From Thraustochytrium aureum (Eukaryota), in NCBI GenBank assembly GCA_012862495.1, contig BLSG01000391.1:77677-110494 (forward strand): a stretch of 32,818 bases of DNA, written 5' to 3'. The position numbers and the translations under genes were made by a program. Below the pieces are notes generated by a model. The model searched no databases, was not told the origin of the DNA, and saw nothing but the letters and a program-made list of their open reading frames with translations. Of the stretch, positions 20,610-31,527 are shown piece by piece; position 1 is the first letter of the stretch; each line of letters opens with the position of its first letter.

Positions 20610-22446
20610 TCACCTGCTGTCGTCGTCGTAGAGCGCAGCGAACTTGGCCAGGACCTTGCACTTGCCATGCGTCCAAAAGCATTGACGATGCACCTCACTC
20701 TCAAAGTCAGAGCCGGCCTCAGGGATGAGGCCGCGGCTGTCCCGCTTGACCACGACGCATGCTTTGCGGGTCGTCTCTGGCGTGCATGGGTTGGCCTGCT
20801 TGACCTTTGGCTCGCAAATCATGCTGCGCATTTGCCGCGCGACCTGGCTCGAGTCGGTGCGGAATCGCCCTCCGCTGACCCACACCGCGTCGCAGGCTTG
20901 CTTGAAAAACGCGCTGCTCTTGCTCTTCGTGTTCGATTGGAAGCAGACGATCTTGACGTTCGGGTGCGTGGCCCGGAACGCTTGCGCCGCGGCGATCGCC
21001 AGCTTGCGGTCCTTTGGCGGGCTGCGCAGGTCTGGCGTCAGCGGCTCGCCGTCAGAGAGGATCACCATCGTCGGGTTTTGCATTGCGGCCATCGCGGGCC
21101 CGTACTTGTCGAAGAGGGGCAAAAAGTTGGTGTACTCGCGTCGCGTCATGGAGTTTTGCATGTGGTCGATCACCGTCTTGCGCACCAACGAGGCATCGTA
21201 GCCTTGGCGCCGTGACATTTCGCTGGTTGAAATCACCTCAGTGTACGCGTTGGCAAAGGTCACCAGCCCGACGTGCGAACCCCGCTCGTTGACGAAGAGC
21301 CCGCCCTTGTCGTCCGAGAGCAGATTAGTGATGACTTGCTTCTGTCGATCGAGCATCGCGTTGTTGATGCTCCAGCTCGACTCTATCGCCATAAGCACGC
21401 GGGAAACGCAGTTCGTAGTCGGCGTAGGTGACGGGGTCGGAGCAGCGGTAGGGAGCTCAGTTGGGGATGATGTGGGCCGCTCCGTTGGAGCTGCTGTTGG
21501 CCGCTGGCTTGGTGATGCGGTTGGCGACTTGGTCGGCCGACGAGTTGGGGATGACGTGGGTCGCTCCGTTGGGGATAACGAGGGCCGCTGGCTTGGNNNN
21601 NNNNNNNNNNNNNNNNNNNNNNNNNNNNNNNNNNNNNNNNNNNNNNNNNNNNNNNNNNNNNNNNNNNNNNNNNNNNNNNNNNNNNNNNNNNNNNNNNNNN
21701 NNNNNNNNNNNNNNNNNNNNNNNNNNNNNNNNNNNNNNNNNNNNNNNNNNNNNNNNNNNNNNNNNNNNNNNNNNNNNNNNNNNNNNNNNNNNNNNNNNNN
21801 NNNNNNNNNNNNNNNNNNNNNNNNNNGTCGCTGGCTTGGTGATGCGGTTGGTCGCTCCGTTGGGGATGACGTGGGCCGCTGGCTTGGGGATGACGTGGGC
21901 CGGTCCGTTGGAGCAGCGGTTGGCCGCTGGCTTGGTGATGCGGTTGGCGACGTGGTCGGCCGCCGGGGATGGAGCGGTAGTGGGTCGCTCAGTTGGGGAT
22001 GCGGTCGGCACCGGAGTCGGCGCTGCTGTCGGCCGCCGGGTTGGAGCTAGGCTCGGGCGCTGCGTCGGAGCTCTAGTCGGCCTGGCCGTGGGGCGAGAAG
22101 TTGGCGACTTGGTCGGCCTGGGCGTGTGCGACGGGGTGCAGCCAAATTTGGTTCCGCTAATCACGCTAAACGGTCGGGGCCTTGGGTTCCATCTGTTATT
22201 GGCGCTCGCTCGCTTTATCCAGCACAAGTCACCGTGCGACAGCGTCCAGTACGCACAGCCACGAGTCCGTTGGCAGTGCCTTTGGCAGTCACATGGGTCA
22301 GTGAACGGAATCGCAAAAATGTCGTGCCCGTAGTAATCCAGGTTGACGAAGCAGCTCGAGTCGCACTTGTTCGATGCGCTGATGGCCCCCACGTGCCCGG
22401 CCGCGACTACGAAGGCAAGGAGAGCGATGAGACGACGGGTCATCAT
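20610..22446 (-). CDS. Secreted protein: signal peptide + PAN/Apple domain + Pro/Thr (PT) repeat stalk + von Willebrand A domain + Cys-rich tail; spans a gap and one frameshift (~21965)
   Basis: Signal peptide MMTRRLIALLAFVVAAGHVGA. PAN pattern CFVNLDYYGHDI...CDCQRHCQRTRGCAYWT...CWIK...ISGTKFGC. xPTx repeats follow. vWA motifs are VLMAIESSWSI, HVGLVTFA, YTNF, MVILSDGEP and VKIVCF. Confidence 0.85.
21420..22130 (-). repeat. Coding 12-bp-period tandem repeats (PTxx / PSxx tetrapeptides)
   Basis: Recurring gttgggga/gctggcttgg/ggtcggc units translate to PTERPTSSPSQRPTAAPT; interrupted by gap 21597-21826. Confidence 0.9.
21597..21826. other. Assembly gap inside the PT repeat
   Basis: Run of N. 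Confidence 1.
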
Positions 22447-23639
22447 ACCTCACCTCTTGTCCGTCCTGGTTTGCGCTTATACTTTGGTCTGTCTGGTTTG
22501 CTGGCTTCTGGCGGTTTCGAAAACGCGCGCTGTTCAATGTTCGGGTTCTGCTTGTGCATGTCCTGGTGCGGGCTATTCTACTTGCCGTGGCGGACGCCAC
22601 GCGCACGTACAAAGTTCGGCGACATTTTCCGGCAAGCCCTGTCTTCAGCCAAAACGATGCACAACGCATCGACCGATACGCACGCAACATTATCGTCCTG
22701 AAAGTTCGATCGCTGCGCATACAGTGCCGTGGGATACGCTTCTCCTCGCCAGACGGGGCCCATGTTCCGTTTCACGTGCTGGCGCTGAAATCTGCCACGG
22801 GTAGTCGAACTACGCCACCTGAGGGCAGTCGAGTGTCGAGTACCTACTCAGTACCGCACCGGCTGGACTGCGGGCGAGAGCGCTCTTGATTGTGACGAGT
22901 CTTGCCAAATCTCTCAAGTCATTCGCCTCGTTGCCTGAAAACCGGTGTACGCTCATCTTGCTTGATCAAGAGAGTTCTCAACAATCAAAAGCCCGCTCTG
23001 AACTCCGTCTCTCCAAAACGAACAGTGAGCAGTTCATAGCGATTCCGGCCGACCCAGCAGCTGCTCGAGAGTTGTCGAGATGGCGTCGTCCGAGCTGTCC
23101 CGCTCGAGCTAGAGCTAGCTCTAGCAAGAAGCATCTCGAGAGCACGGCGAGTTCATAGCAGCGGTCGGGGCCCGCACCGGCTGCTGCGCGGTGGACATTT
23201 AGAGCAACCACGACCCGAGGAGGCCTCTTCCGTTCGACCTGCACGAGTCGACCAAAACCCTGGACTGGAACTTTGCCAAGCTGGACCGGGTGACCATCGG
23301 CGTGAACTGCTTCTCCACGCGTCGTTGGCAACGGGCGCAGCACCTGCGAGCTGCCCTGCTTGCTGCCATTCCTCAGGGTGGCGAGCTAGAGTCATCCCCG
23401 GCCTCGCGTGAAGAGTGGAGGGCTCGGCCTTCGGCAGCTCGCAACGGCACTGGCGTGTCGTCGGGTCTCTCGCTGCTCGGCTCTGCCCGGTGTATCCTAG
23501 CGTCACGGACGAGCTCGGGCCAAGACAGGTAGAGCCCGCAGATGGGGCATGCGCCACCTACTGGGGATGATGCGGTCCGACCGCCCCTCCAGCAACGCCC
23601 CGGCGAGGCAAACGGGGTGCGCTTGCAGAGCACAGCCAG

Positions 23640-24595
23640 CTACGCTCGCCTGAGAATCCGCTTGCGAGGACGACGGGGCGCACTGCCAACCTTGGGGGCA
23701 ATGCCATGCGCGCCTACGTTTTGGCGCACCGCTGGCACGCTCTCTCCTTCGCTCCCATCGCCGTGCTCGGCGCTCGCGGCGACAAGCTGGACAGAACTGC
23801 CGCTCGAGGAGCAGTCCTCGTCAGAGGTGGACTCTATTCTCGTGTCGAACAATTTGCGAGGTCGACCCGCAACGACCGGCTCGCTGTCTGCCACAGCGCC
23901 TGGACAGGTCAGAATGGGGCGCTCCGGGCCGAAGCGCTGGTCACACAGCACGCAGACGAGCTCGTCGTCGAGTCCCAGAGGCTCCCTCGAGTCGCAGGCG
24001 CTGCTAGCGCCGTCCGCAAGGGACTGGTCAGTGCAAAACACCTCTTTGCAGGCCAAGAAGGCGTCGCGCACAGGCCCCTGCGCGACGCGCATGTGCTTCG
24101 GCACGCCAACTGGAAGCGCGAACGAGGACGCGTCGCGCCCTGGGATCATAGACGAGTTGAGGCCCTGGAAAAACGCAAACTCTGCGCCGTCCTCAAAGTT
24201 GATTACTAGCGGGAACTGGACGTACGGGGCGCAGTTGTTGAGCATCGCCTTCAGCTCAATCAGCTTGCGCTTCACAGACCGCGCCCCGAGCCCTGTCTTG
24301 CCGCTGAGCCGCTGAAAGTCCCGCAAGGCGTCCCTGGAGAGCCTCGCCGTGTACGGGTGTTGCCACGCGTACTCAAAACTCAGCGCGGAGAACTTGGAGG
24401 GAAACCCCATCACGGCGCACACCATGCGCCACGTGTGCTTGCGCGTCTTGCGCGCGCCACCGACGCGCTCCCCGTTGTGTTGCCTGCGCGAGCCAAGCCG
24501 AGGGTCAGCGCGAGTGTCGACGTGCCGGTCTCCTCGGTCTCTCGAGCTCCCACGAGCTCCCACGAGCTCCCACTCGCAGCGCACTTACCGCAGCC
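23640..24595 (-). CDS. SLX1: SLX1 structure-specific GIY-YIG endonuclease subunit (5' part in gap; intron 24484-24588)
   Basis: Splicing GGCTGCG|gtaagt...gcgcag|GCAACAC restores (R)LRQHNGE. This continues as GGARKTRKHTWRMVCAVMGFPSKFSALSFEYAWQHP, the characteristic SLX1 pattern. A CVLC...TCP cysteine cluster lies downstream. Confidence 0.88.
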
Positions 24596-24904
24596 NNNNN
24601 NNNNNNNNNNNNNNNNNNNNNNNNNNNNNNNNNNNNNNNNNNNNNNNNNNNNNNNNNNNNNNNNNNNNNNNNNNNNNNNNNNNNNNNNNNNNNNNNNNNN
24701 NNNNNNNNNNNNNNNNNNNNNNNNNNNNNNNNNNNNNNNNNNNNNNNNNNNNNNNNNNNNNNNNNNNNNNNNNNNNNNNNNNNNNNNNNNNNNNNNNNNN
24801 NNNNNNNNNNNNNNNNNNNNNNNNNNNNNNNNNNNNNNNNNNNNNNNNNNNNNNNNNNNNNNNNNNNNNNNNNNNNNNNNNNNNNNNNNNNNNNNNNNNN
24901 NNNN
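24596..24904. other. Assembly gap, probably containing the GIY-YIG exon of SLX1
   Basis: Run of N adjacent to a partial SLX1 exon. Confidence 0.95.
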
Positions 24905-24940
24905 TGCGTTAGTGCGCCAATGCCTGCGTCAACAAGATGC

Positions 24941-24997
24941 ATCCCTCCGCGATGGCCTCCGCGAGCCGATCCCTCCGCGAGCCGGTCCCTCCGCGAG
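24941..24997. repeat. Four CCTCCGCGA cores at ~13-16 bp spacing
   Basis: atccctccgcga tggcctccgcga gccgatccctccgcga gccggtccctccgcgag. Confidence 0.85.
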
Positions 24998-25218
24998 CGG
25001 AGCAGGCCGCTGCCGCGCCTCTCGGCCGCCGCGCCCGTTGCCCGCGGACACGCAGAGGGCCTTCGGGCGGGCGCGCAGAGCGGCGTCGCGGAAGTGGAAG
25101 GCGAGGACAAGTGCGTTTCGCGGCGTCGGCTGTGCGCGAGGGCGACCTGCACACGGGGCTCGGCGACGGTTGGGTGGATTGTGTCTGTAGACAAGAGCGA
25201 GTAGGTAGGTAGCTCTAG

Positions 25219-28217
25219 CTAGAAGGCGACCTTGTACGCGTCGCAGTAGGTCTTGAAGACGTTGGCGAAGGCAGGCTTGCCCTGCAGCGCGCCGGCGATG
25301 AGGCCCGAGAATGCGCCTCCCTGCGCCGCCGAGGCGCTGGCCAGCGTGGTGACGAAGAATTGCTTGGGGTCGGTGATGGCCTTGACCGAGTCGCGCACCT
25401 CGATCTGGGCGTAGACGAGGTTGGTGAACGAGCTAGAGTAGCCCGCCTCCTCGAGCTCCGCGAGCGCCTCCTCCGGCGACTTGAGCTGCGCCTGCTCGGG
25501 CGCGGACTCAAACATGTTGAGGACGGCGACGAAGAGGTTGCTCCAGACGACAACGTACTGCGGGGACTGGAGCACCTTTGCCTCCGCGAGGACGCGCGTC
25601 ATGGCCACGATGCAGGCCTTGCGGTCCAGGTCGTTCTTAATCTTGCCGGAGCTGGGGACCAGGACGTCGTTGAGGATCTGCGGGTAGACGCCCGGGTTTA
25701 TCGCGTCCAGAGCGATCTGCACTGGCTCCGAGCCGTGCAGGTCGATCATGACAGCGATAAAGTGGACAAACGGCTGAGAGAGCTTTGGGCCCAAAACCTG
25801 CAGCCGGTTGAGCAGCAGCTGAAACACGTCGCGCAAATAGTTGGCGTACACCTCGGTGGGGAGGAACTCGACGATGCCCACCAAGAGGCGCACCGAGAGG
25901 TCCGCGGTGGAGCGCATGCTCAACAGCTTCTGAAACACGCCCAAAAGCGCCTGGAGCTGCTGCGGGTTGGAGCCCACCGTCTCCTTGGCCGCCTTCCGCA
26001 GATAGGCCTCGATGAGACGCACGAGGGCCGGGATGTTGCCCCGATTTTCCCAAACCGGAGGTCGCAGCAAAACCCCAAAGAGGCCCAGGTAGGTCTCGGA
26101 CGGGGCCGGCCTCACCTCGAGGATCATGGCCAGGATCTGGAACACGTACGCGGTGAGCTCCTGAATCTCGTTCTGCAGCACGTACTGGAACGCCGGCATC
26201 AGCTCTTGCTCGAACTGCTCCACGATGGCAGGCTGCACCTTGCAGGCAGACCGGATGAGCACCGCGATGGACTCGAACAGGTAGTGGATGAAGATCGGGT
26301 TTTGCGGCCGCTCGCACACGAGCTGCAGCACCCCCTTGAGCCTGCCGAGCACCGCAGGAGCCGCCGCCGCAATCTTGTCCGCCGGCGCCTTGGCGAGCAG
26401 CCGCATGATCGCCTTGACCACGTACTCGTTCTCGATACCCGCCTCGTGCTGCTCTAAAATCGTAAACAGATTCACCACCGCCGGCTCAAGCACGGGCCCC
26501 AGCTCGGCCGGGCCGTAGACGAACGAGGCCCGCCCGCCCGCGGAAGGGTCAGCGGGGCCACGAATCATGAACACGCGCTCCAGCGCAGACGCCGCGTACG
26601 TGTGCACAACAAAGGATCGCGCCTGCAAGAGCCGCGTCAGGGCCGGCAGCACCGACACGACAACATCGCGCGGCATCTGGTTACGAAACGTGCTGAAGAA
26701 CTTGATCACGTCCGCCTTGACGACGGGCTGCGAGTTGACGTCTGCGTCAATCAGCCCCGGCAGCACAAACTGCTTGAAAAACTGGTCAACGTTGACGAGC
26801 TGGTTGAGCTCCGTGACGCCAAGCGCCAGCGTGCTCCCGCGCACCGCCAGGGCGATAACCATGGTGATTGCAGCGTCCATCCGGTCCCAGTTCTGCGCTG
26901 GGTCCGCCGAGTACTCGCTGATCAGCTGGCCCATGATGGCTTCGCACAGCTTGGTCGTCTCAGCCTCAAAGTTGCGGCACATGTTCCGGATGAGGTCGCA
27001 GGCCACGCGGCGCCGCGTGTCGCTGTCCGAACCCTCGATGTCGCGTCTGATGTACTCCATGGGGTTTTCCTCGAACGTGTCGACGTCAAACTCGCGGAGA
27101 CGCAGGTTCGGGACCACGATGAGGCGGATGATCTCGCCCAGCGTGGGCTTGAAGAGCTCGACAAGGCGCACGTTGGCCACGAGCTGGCCCAGAAACTTCA
27201 TGGCCAGCACGACCAGGGGGTCAAATCCAGCAGAGTTGGGCGCCTTCATGAGCAGGCCCCACGTCTGCTCCGTGAAGGGCGTGATGTAGTTGCGGAACTC
27301 CTCTTCGTACTTGTTCGCGTACAGCTTGAGGTTGTCGAGGATGGCGACCTGCACCAGCTCGACAGGGCCCGGCTTCTCCTCGTCGTCGCTCGCCAGCGCC
27401 GGGTTGCTGTACGCGAGCAGGGTGCGAAACTCGCCCATCCACTCGTCGATGTGGTCTTCGAAGAACTCTGGCAGGTCCTGCCAATTGAGCGAGAAGTAGA
27501 TGCGCGTCAGCAGCCGCAGCGCCGCGAGGATGTCCTTGAGCTCGGCAGGCGACTTGCCCGGCGCGACCAGCATCGCCGTGCACTGCTTGTAGAACGTCAG
27601 CAGCTGCGGCGCGAACTCGTCGAGGCAGTACTTGAGTTTGAGGAGCAAGGGGTCCGAGGACACCACGTCCCGAAACATCTTGAACAGCGTGTTGGCCGTC
27701 TCCAGCAGGCCCAAGATCGTCGGAAAGTCCTGCGACCTCTGCAGCTTGCTCGAAAGGTCGGGCAGGAGGCCCTTCCAGTTGTCGGGAAAGTCGGCCACCC
27801 CGATGATGCGCACCACCTCTGACAGGCTTGGCCGCACGGACGGGTCAACCCTGCACATCAGCGTGAGGATGTGCGTCTTGATCTGTTCGCGCTCTGCGAC
27901 AGCAAGCACGCCGTTCTCCTTTCCGTCCTGTGAAATTAGTAAGCGTACGTCCGGCCGTGGGGTGCCTGCAAGCCACGACAACGCCAAGCAAAACTCACCT
28001 CGCTCCAATACTTGCGGACCATGTTCTTGAAGTGCACAGCCGCGAGCTGCTGATGGAACCGATCGCCGTCGGTCTCCAGCAGAGTCAGCAGCGTGACCGC
28101 AAACCCAGGCTGCTTCTCCATCTCCAACAGCTGCCGCTCTGCCGCCTTGCGCACATCGGCACCCGGGTTGATCGCCTGCTTCAACACATGCAGCACCTGC
28201 AGCACCTCCGCGCTCAT
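25219..28217 (-). CDS. CSE1: Exportin-2 / importin-alpha re-exporter (975 aa; exons 28217-27999 and 27927-25219)
   Basis: Importin-beta N-terminal domain (VRKAAERQL...AAVHFKNMVRKYW) and CSE1 motifs YFSLNWQDLPEFFEDH, FEENPMEYIRRDIEGSDSDTRRR, VVHTYAA, ENEYVVKAIMR, NPIFIHYLFE and WENRGNIPALVRL. A 71-nt phase-0 intron (27928-27998) has a GTGAGT donor, TACTAAT branch point and CAG acceptor. Confidence 0.97.
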
Positions 28218-28477
28218 CGTGTCGTGCAAGGTCGATTTCCGCCGCCCTCACCAAGATCGCTGCGGCGCTCGCTAAACCTGCGGCACACCACCGTTCGCAA
28301 CGCCGCGAAACGAGCCCCGGTACGTCCCAACCCCGTCGGCCCGCGGAAAGCACGCAGCGAACGCAGCAAGGCGCGCTCGGAAGCGTCCACGCCCGTTACC
28401 AAAGCCGCGTCGGCAGTCCGTCTCGCGTGGATCCGCTCGACCTCGCCGCCGTCCGGCAGTCCGGATCGGATCGTGCC

Positions 28478-28984
28478 NNNNNNNNNNNNNNNNNNNNNNN
28501 NNNNNNNNNNNNNNNNNNNNNNNNNNNNNNNNNNNNNNNNNNNNNNNNNNNNNNNNNNNNNNNNNNNNNNNNNNNNNNNNNNNNNNNNNNNNNNNNNNNN
28601 NNNNNNNNNNNNNNNNNNNNNNNNNNNNNNNNNNNNNNNNNNNNNNNNNNNNNNNNNNNNNNNNNNNNNNNNNNNNNNNNNNNNNNNNNNNNNNNNNNNN
28701 NNNNNNNNNNNNNNNNNNNNNNNNNNNNNNNNNNNNNNNNNNNNNNNNNNNNNNNNNNNNNNNNNNNNNNNNNNNNNNNNNNNNNNNNNNNNNNNNNNNN
28801 NNNNNNNNNNNNNNNNNNNNNNNNNNNNNNNNNNNNNNNNNNNNNNNNNNNNNNNNNNNNNNNNNNNNNNNNNNNNNNNNNNNNNNNNNNNNNNNNNNNN
28901 NNNNNNNNNNNNNNNNNNNNNNNNNNNNNNNNNNNNNNNNNNNNNNNNNNNNNNNNNNNNNNNNNNNNNNNNNNNNNNNNNNNN
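28478..28984. other. Assembly gap in the divergent intergenic region
   Basis: Run of N. Confidence 1.
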
Positions 28985-29035
28985 TGTCTACCAAGGCCCT
29001 GGGCGTGGCCGACCGGCCGCGGGGCGCCAGAGGTC

Positions 29036-31489
29036 ATGGTTTGGCTGCGGTGCCTTGTCGGCCTCCTCGGCGCAGCGATCGTGCTCCTGGATGCGGCGCA
29101 GGGAGCCCTGCTCGACGTCGTGGTCGAGGACGAGTCGGGCGCCTTCGCTTTGACCGTCGGCGGCGAGGTCGTCTTCACTAGTGGACCCGTTCGAGCCACC
29201 GTGGGCGGCACCGCGCTGTCGACGGAGGACGGCTCTTTGGCGCTCGGCCGTGTGCGGCGCGCGTCCGGGCGCGACGCGCTCGGAAGGTACACCGCTGTCG
29301 CGTTCGAATGGGTGGCAAGCGAGACCGAGGCAGCCGCGCTGCACACCAGCCTGCGGACCTATGCAGACGGCGAAACCGCCGTCTTTGCCCAGGAATGGCC
29401 GCTCGGGGCCAACGGGACGCAGAGTGCATTGGGCGCCGACGGCGCCAGCTCGCTCTGGCCCAGCCTGCGCCTCGCTTCCAAGGAGCTCGCCGATGCTACC
29501 GGCGTCCTGAGCTTCCACGGAAGGTTTATGGAGCTTTCGAGGGCGTTCGAATTCAACAGCGCCCCAGACGAGGTCAACGGGGAGCGATCTGGCCCGCTCG
29601 TCTTGTTCGGGCTGAACCAAACCTGGGTAGTCTGCCTTGCCGCGCTCCGCGGAGCTATGGGCATGACAACCGTGCTGGAGAAGCGCTCGCGAACCGTGGG
29701 AACTGGCCTGCTCGGCTCCGCAGAGTCCCTCGCGCCGGGCGCAGCCCTCGAGACCGTGCTTTCGGTAGGGACAAATGGCGTCACCCTCGCCACCAAGGCG
29801 ATGGGGTCCAAGGTCTTGGACTACCACGGAACGAGGGCAGCCCGCAGCAAGGCAGCCGCGTCGGACATTTCGCTGAGCCATCTCGGGTACATCACGGACA
29901 ACGGCGCGTACTATTATTACTTGACCGAACCCGGCCTGTCCTATGAGGAGACGCTCTTGCGCGTTCATGAAGAGGCGGAGGCCCGCGGCCTCCCGTTTAG
30001 GTACCTGCAGCTCGACTCGTGGTGGTACACGCAGGGCATCGCCGGCGGCGTCAAGGAGTGGGCCCCCACCTCGCGCACCATCCCGAGCGGGCTGGCCTCG
30101 CTTGCTGAGCGCACCGGCTGGCCACTCTTTCTGCACAATCGGTACTGGTCTTTGGACAACGTGTACGCGTCCAGCAACGGCGGCGCGTACGCCTTTCTGT
30201 CCGAGGGCAACTTTTCGATTCCCACAGAGCAGCGCTTCTGGGACGACCTCCTCGGCAACGCCTCAGCCGCTGGCATGACCGTGTACGAGCAGGATTGGCT
30301 TTACAACGAATTCGAGGGCTTGCCAACGGTGGCCATGGGCGACCCGCTCGGCCTCGGCACGCGCTGGCTGCAGCAAATGGCGCGAGCTGCGGCGCGGCAC
30401 AACGTGACGGTGCAGTACTGCATGCCTCTCGCGCGCATGGTGCTGGAGAGCGCCAGCTTTGCGCCCGTCACCCAGGTCCGGGCCGGCGACGACTATCACC
30501 CCGGGAACACGGAGGGGTGCGCATTCCCTTTCTGTCTGTACTATATTCACACGACCTCGCTCCTGCTCTGGAGCCTCGACCTGGCACCAGCAAAAGATGT
30601 CTTCTGGACCGCCGAGCTGCAGCCAGGCAATCGCTACAAGGCCCGCGAGCCGCACGCGGAGCTCATTGCGGCTGTGGCGATCTTGAGCCGCGGGCCAGTT
30701 CACACAGGCGACAAGGTCGGCGCTGCGGACCGGGCCATCCTCGAGCTCGTTGCCCGGCCAGACGGGCGCTTGCTACGGCCGAGCCGTCCAGCGACCGCTA
30801 TCGATGCCTGCTTCACTGGCGCAGCCAACCCGCGCGACGTGCGGTCCGCTTCGTTCCTCTCCACCAAGGGCGCAGCCGTATGCGGGGTGGTCTCGTCGCA
30901 CTCTGCGCACGGTAAGTGGCGGTGGGCCCACGTGCTCGCTGCCCTCACTGCGCAAGACGTTGAGCTCTACCCCGCAGACCTCCCGGCGGACCTTGCGTCG
31001 CCGGAGGGCGCGTTTGTTGCGTATGCTGGATACGGTTGTGCGAAGAACGTCACCTTGGTGGGTCCATTTTTCTCGCGCGAGGCCTCTTGCTGTTCCTCGG
31101 AGCGGCGCGAGCGACTTTCGCCTCGTGCACCTGGCGCCCGTGCTCCCAGGCGGGATTGGTAAGTTGGAGTGCGCGATCGCAGCCGTCGTCAATCTTCGCT
31201 CACCACGCGCTGCTGTGCGCCGCAAAAAGTCTTGCTTGGGGAGATGGCGCGTTATGTGCCAGTCTCGCCGGACCGCGTCGCGGCCTTGCGCACAACGGAG
31301 AAGAACGGTCTGTCTGTCACGCTTGACGGCGTGCCCGGCGAGCGCGTCGTGCTCAGCTTTGTCCACGCAGACTCGTTGGGCAACCCCGTCGGCGAGCCCT
31401 GGCACGTCGACGCGGTGATCGGCCCGGAAGGGCAAGCGACAGTGTTCGCCAGAACGCGCCCCGCCACGGACCTCGAGCAAGTCGCGTAA
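29036..31489 (+). CDS. Secreted putative glycoside hydrolase, clan GH-D-like (GH27/31/36-like TIM barrel), family unassigned; frameshift at T5 31067-31071 and intron 31159-31229
   Basis: Signal peptide MVWLRCLVGLLGAAIVLLDAAQG. Motifs GYITDNGAYYYY, FRYLQLDSWWY, HNRYW, VYEQDWL, QYCM, QVRAGDDY and GPVHTGD. Removing one T and splicing G|gtaagt...aaag|TC gives ...HLAPVLPGGIVLLGEMARYVPVS... to the TAA ending at 31489. Confidence 0.8.
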
Positions 31490-31527
31490 ACAGGCCGGGC
31501 TTGAGAAAAAAATGGAAACTATTGTCA

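Noticed and set aside
24543..24572. (CGAGCTCCCA)x3 repeat
   Set aside because: Simple intronic tandem repeat within the SLX1 intron, with no further signal.
23640..24595. GIY-YIG nuclease as a mobile-element (Penelope or homing) endonuclease
   Set aside because: The motifs RQHNG/GGA.KT/FE.AWQHP are SLX1-specific, the gene has a spliceosomal intron, and no reverse transcriptase or terminal repeats are nearby.
2100..31075. Programmed ribosomal frameshifting as a genome-wide system
   Set aside because: Shifts occur in both directions, share no slippery or stop motif, and mostly sit in homopolymers of a gapped draft assembly.
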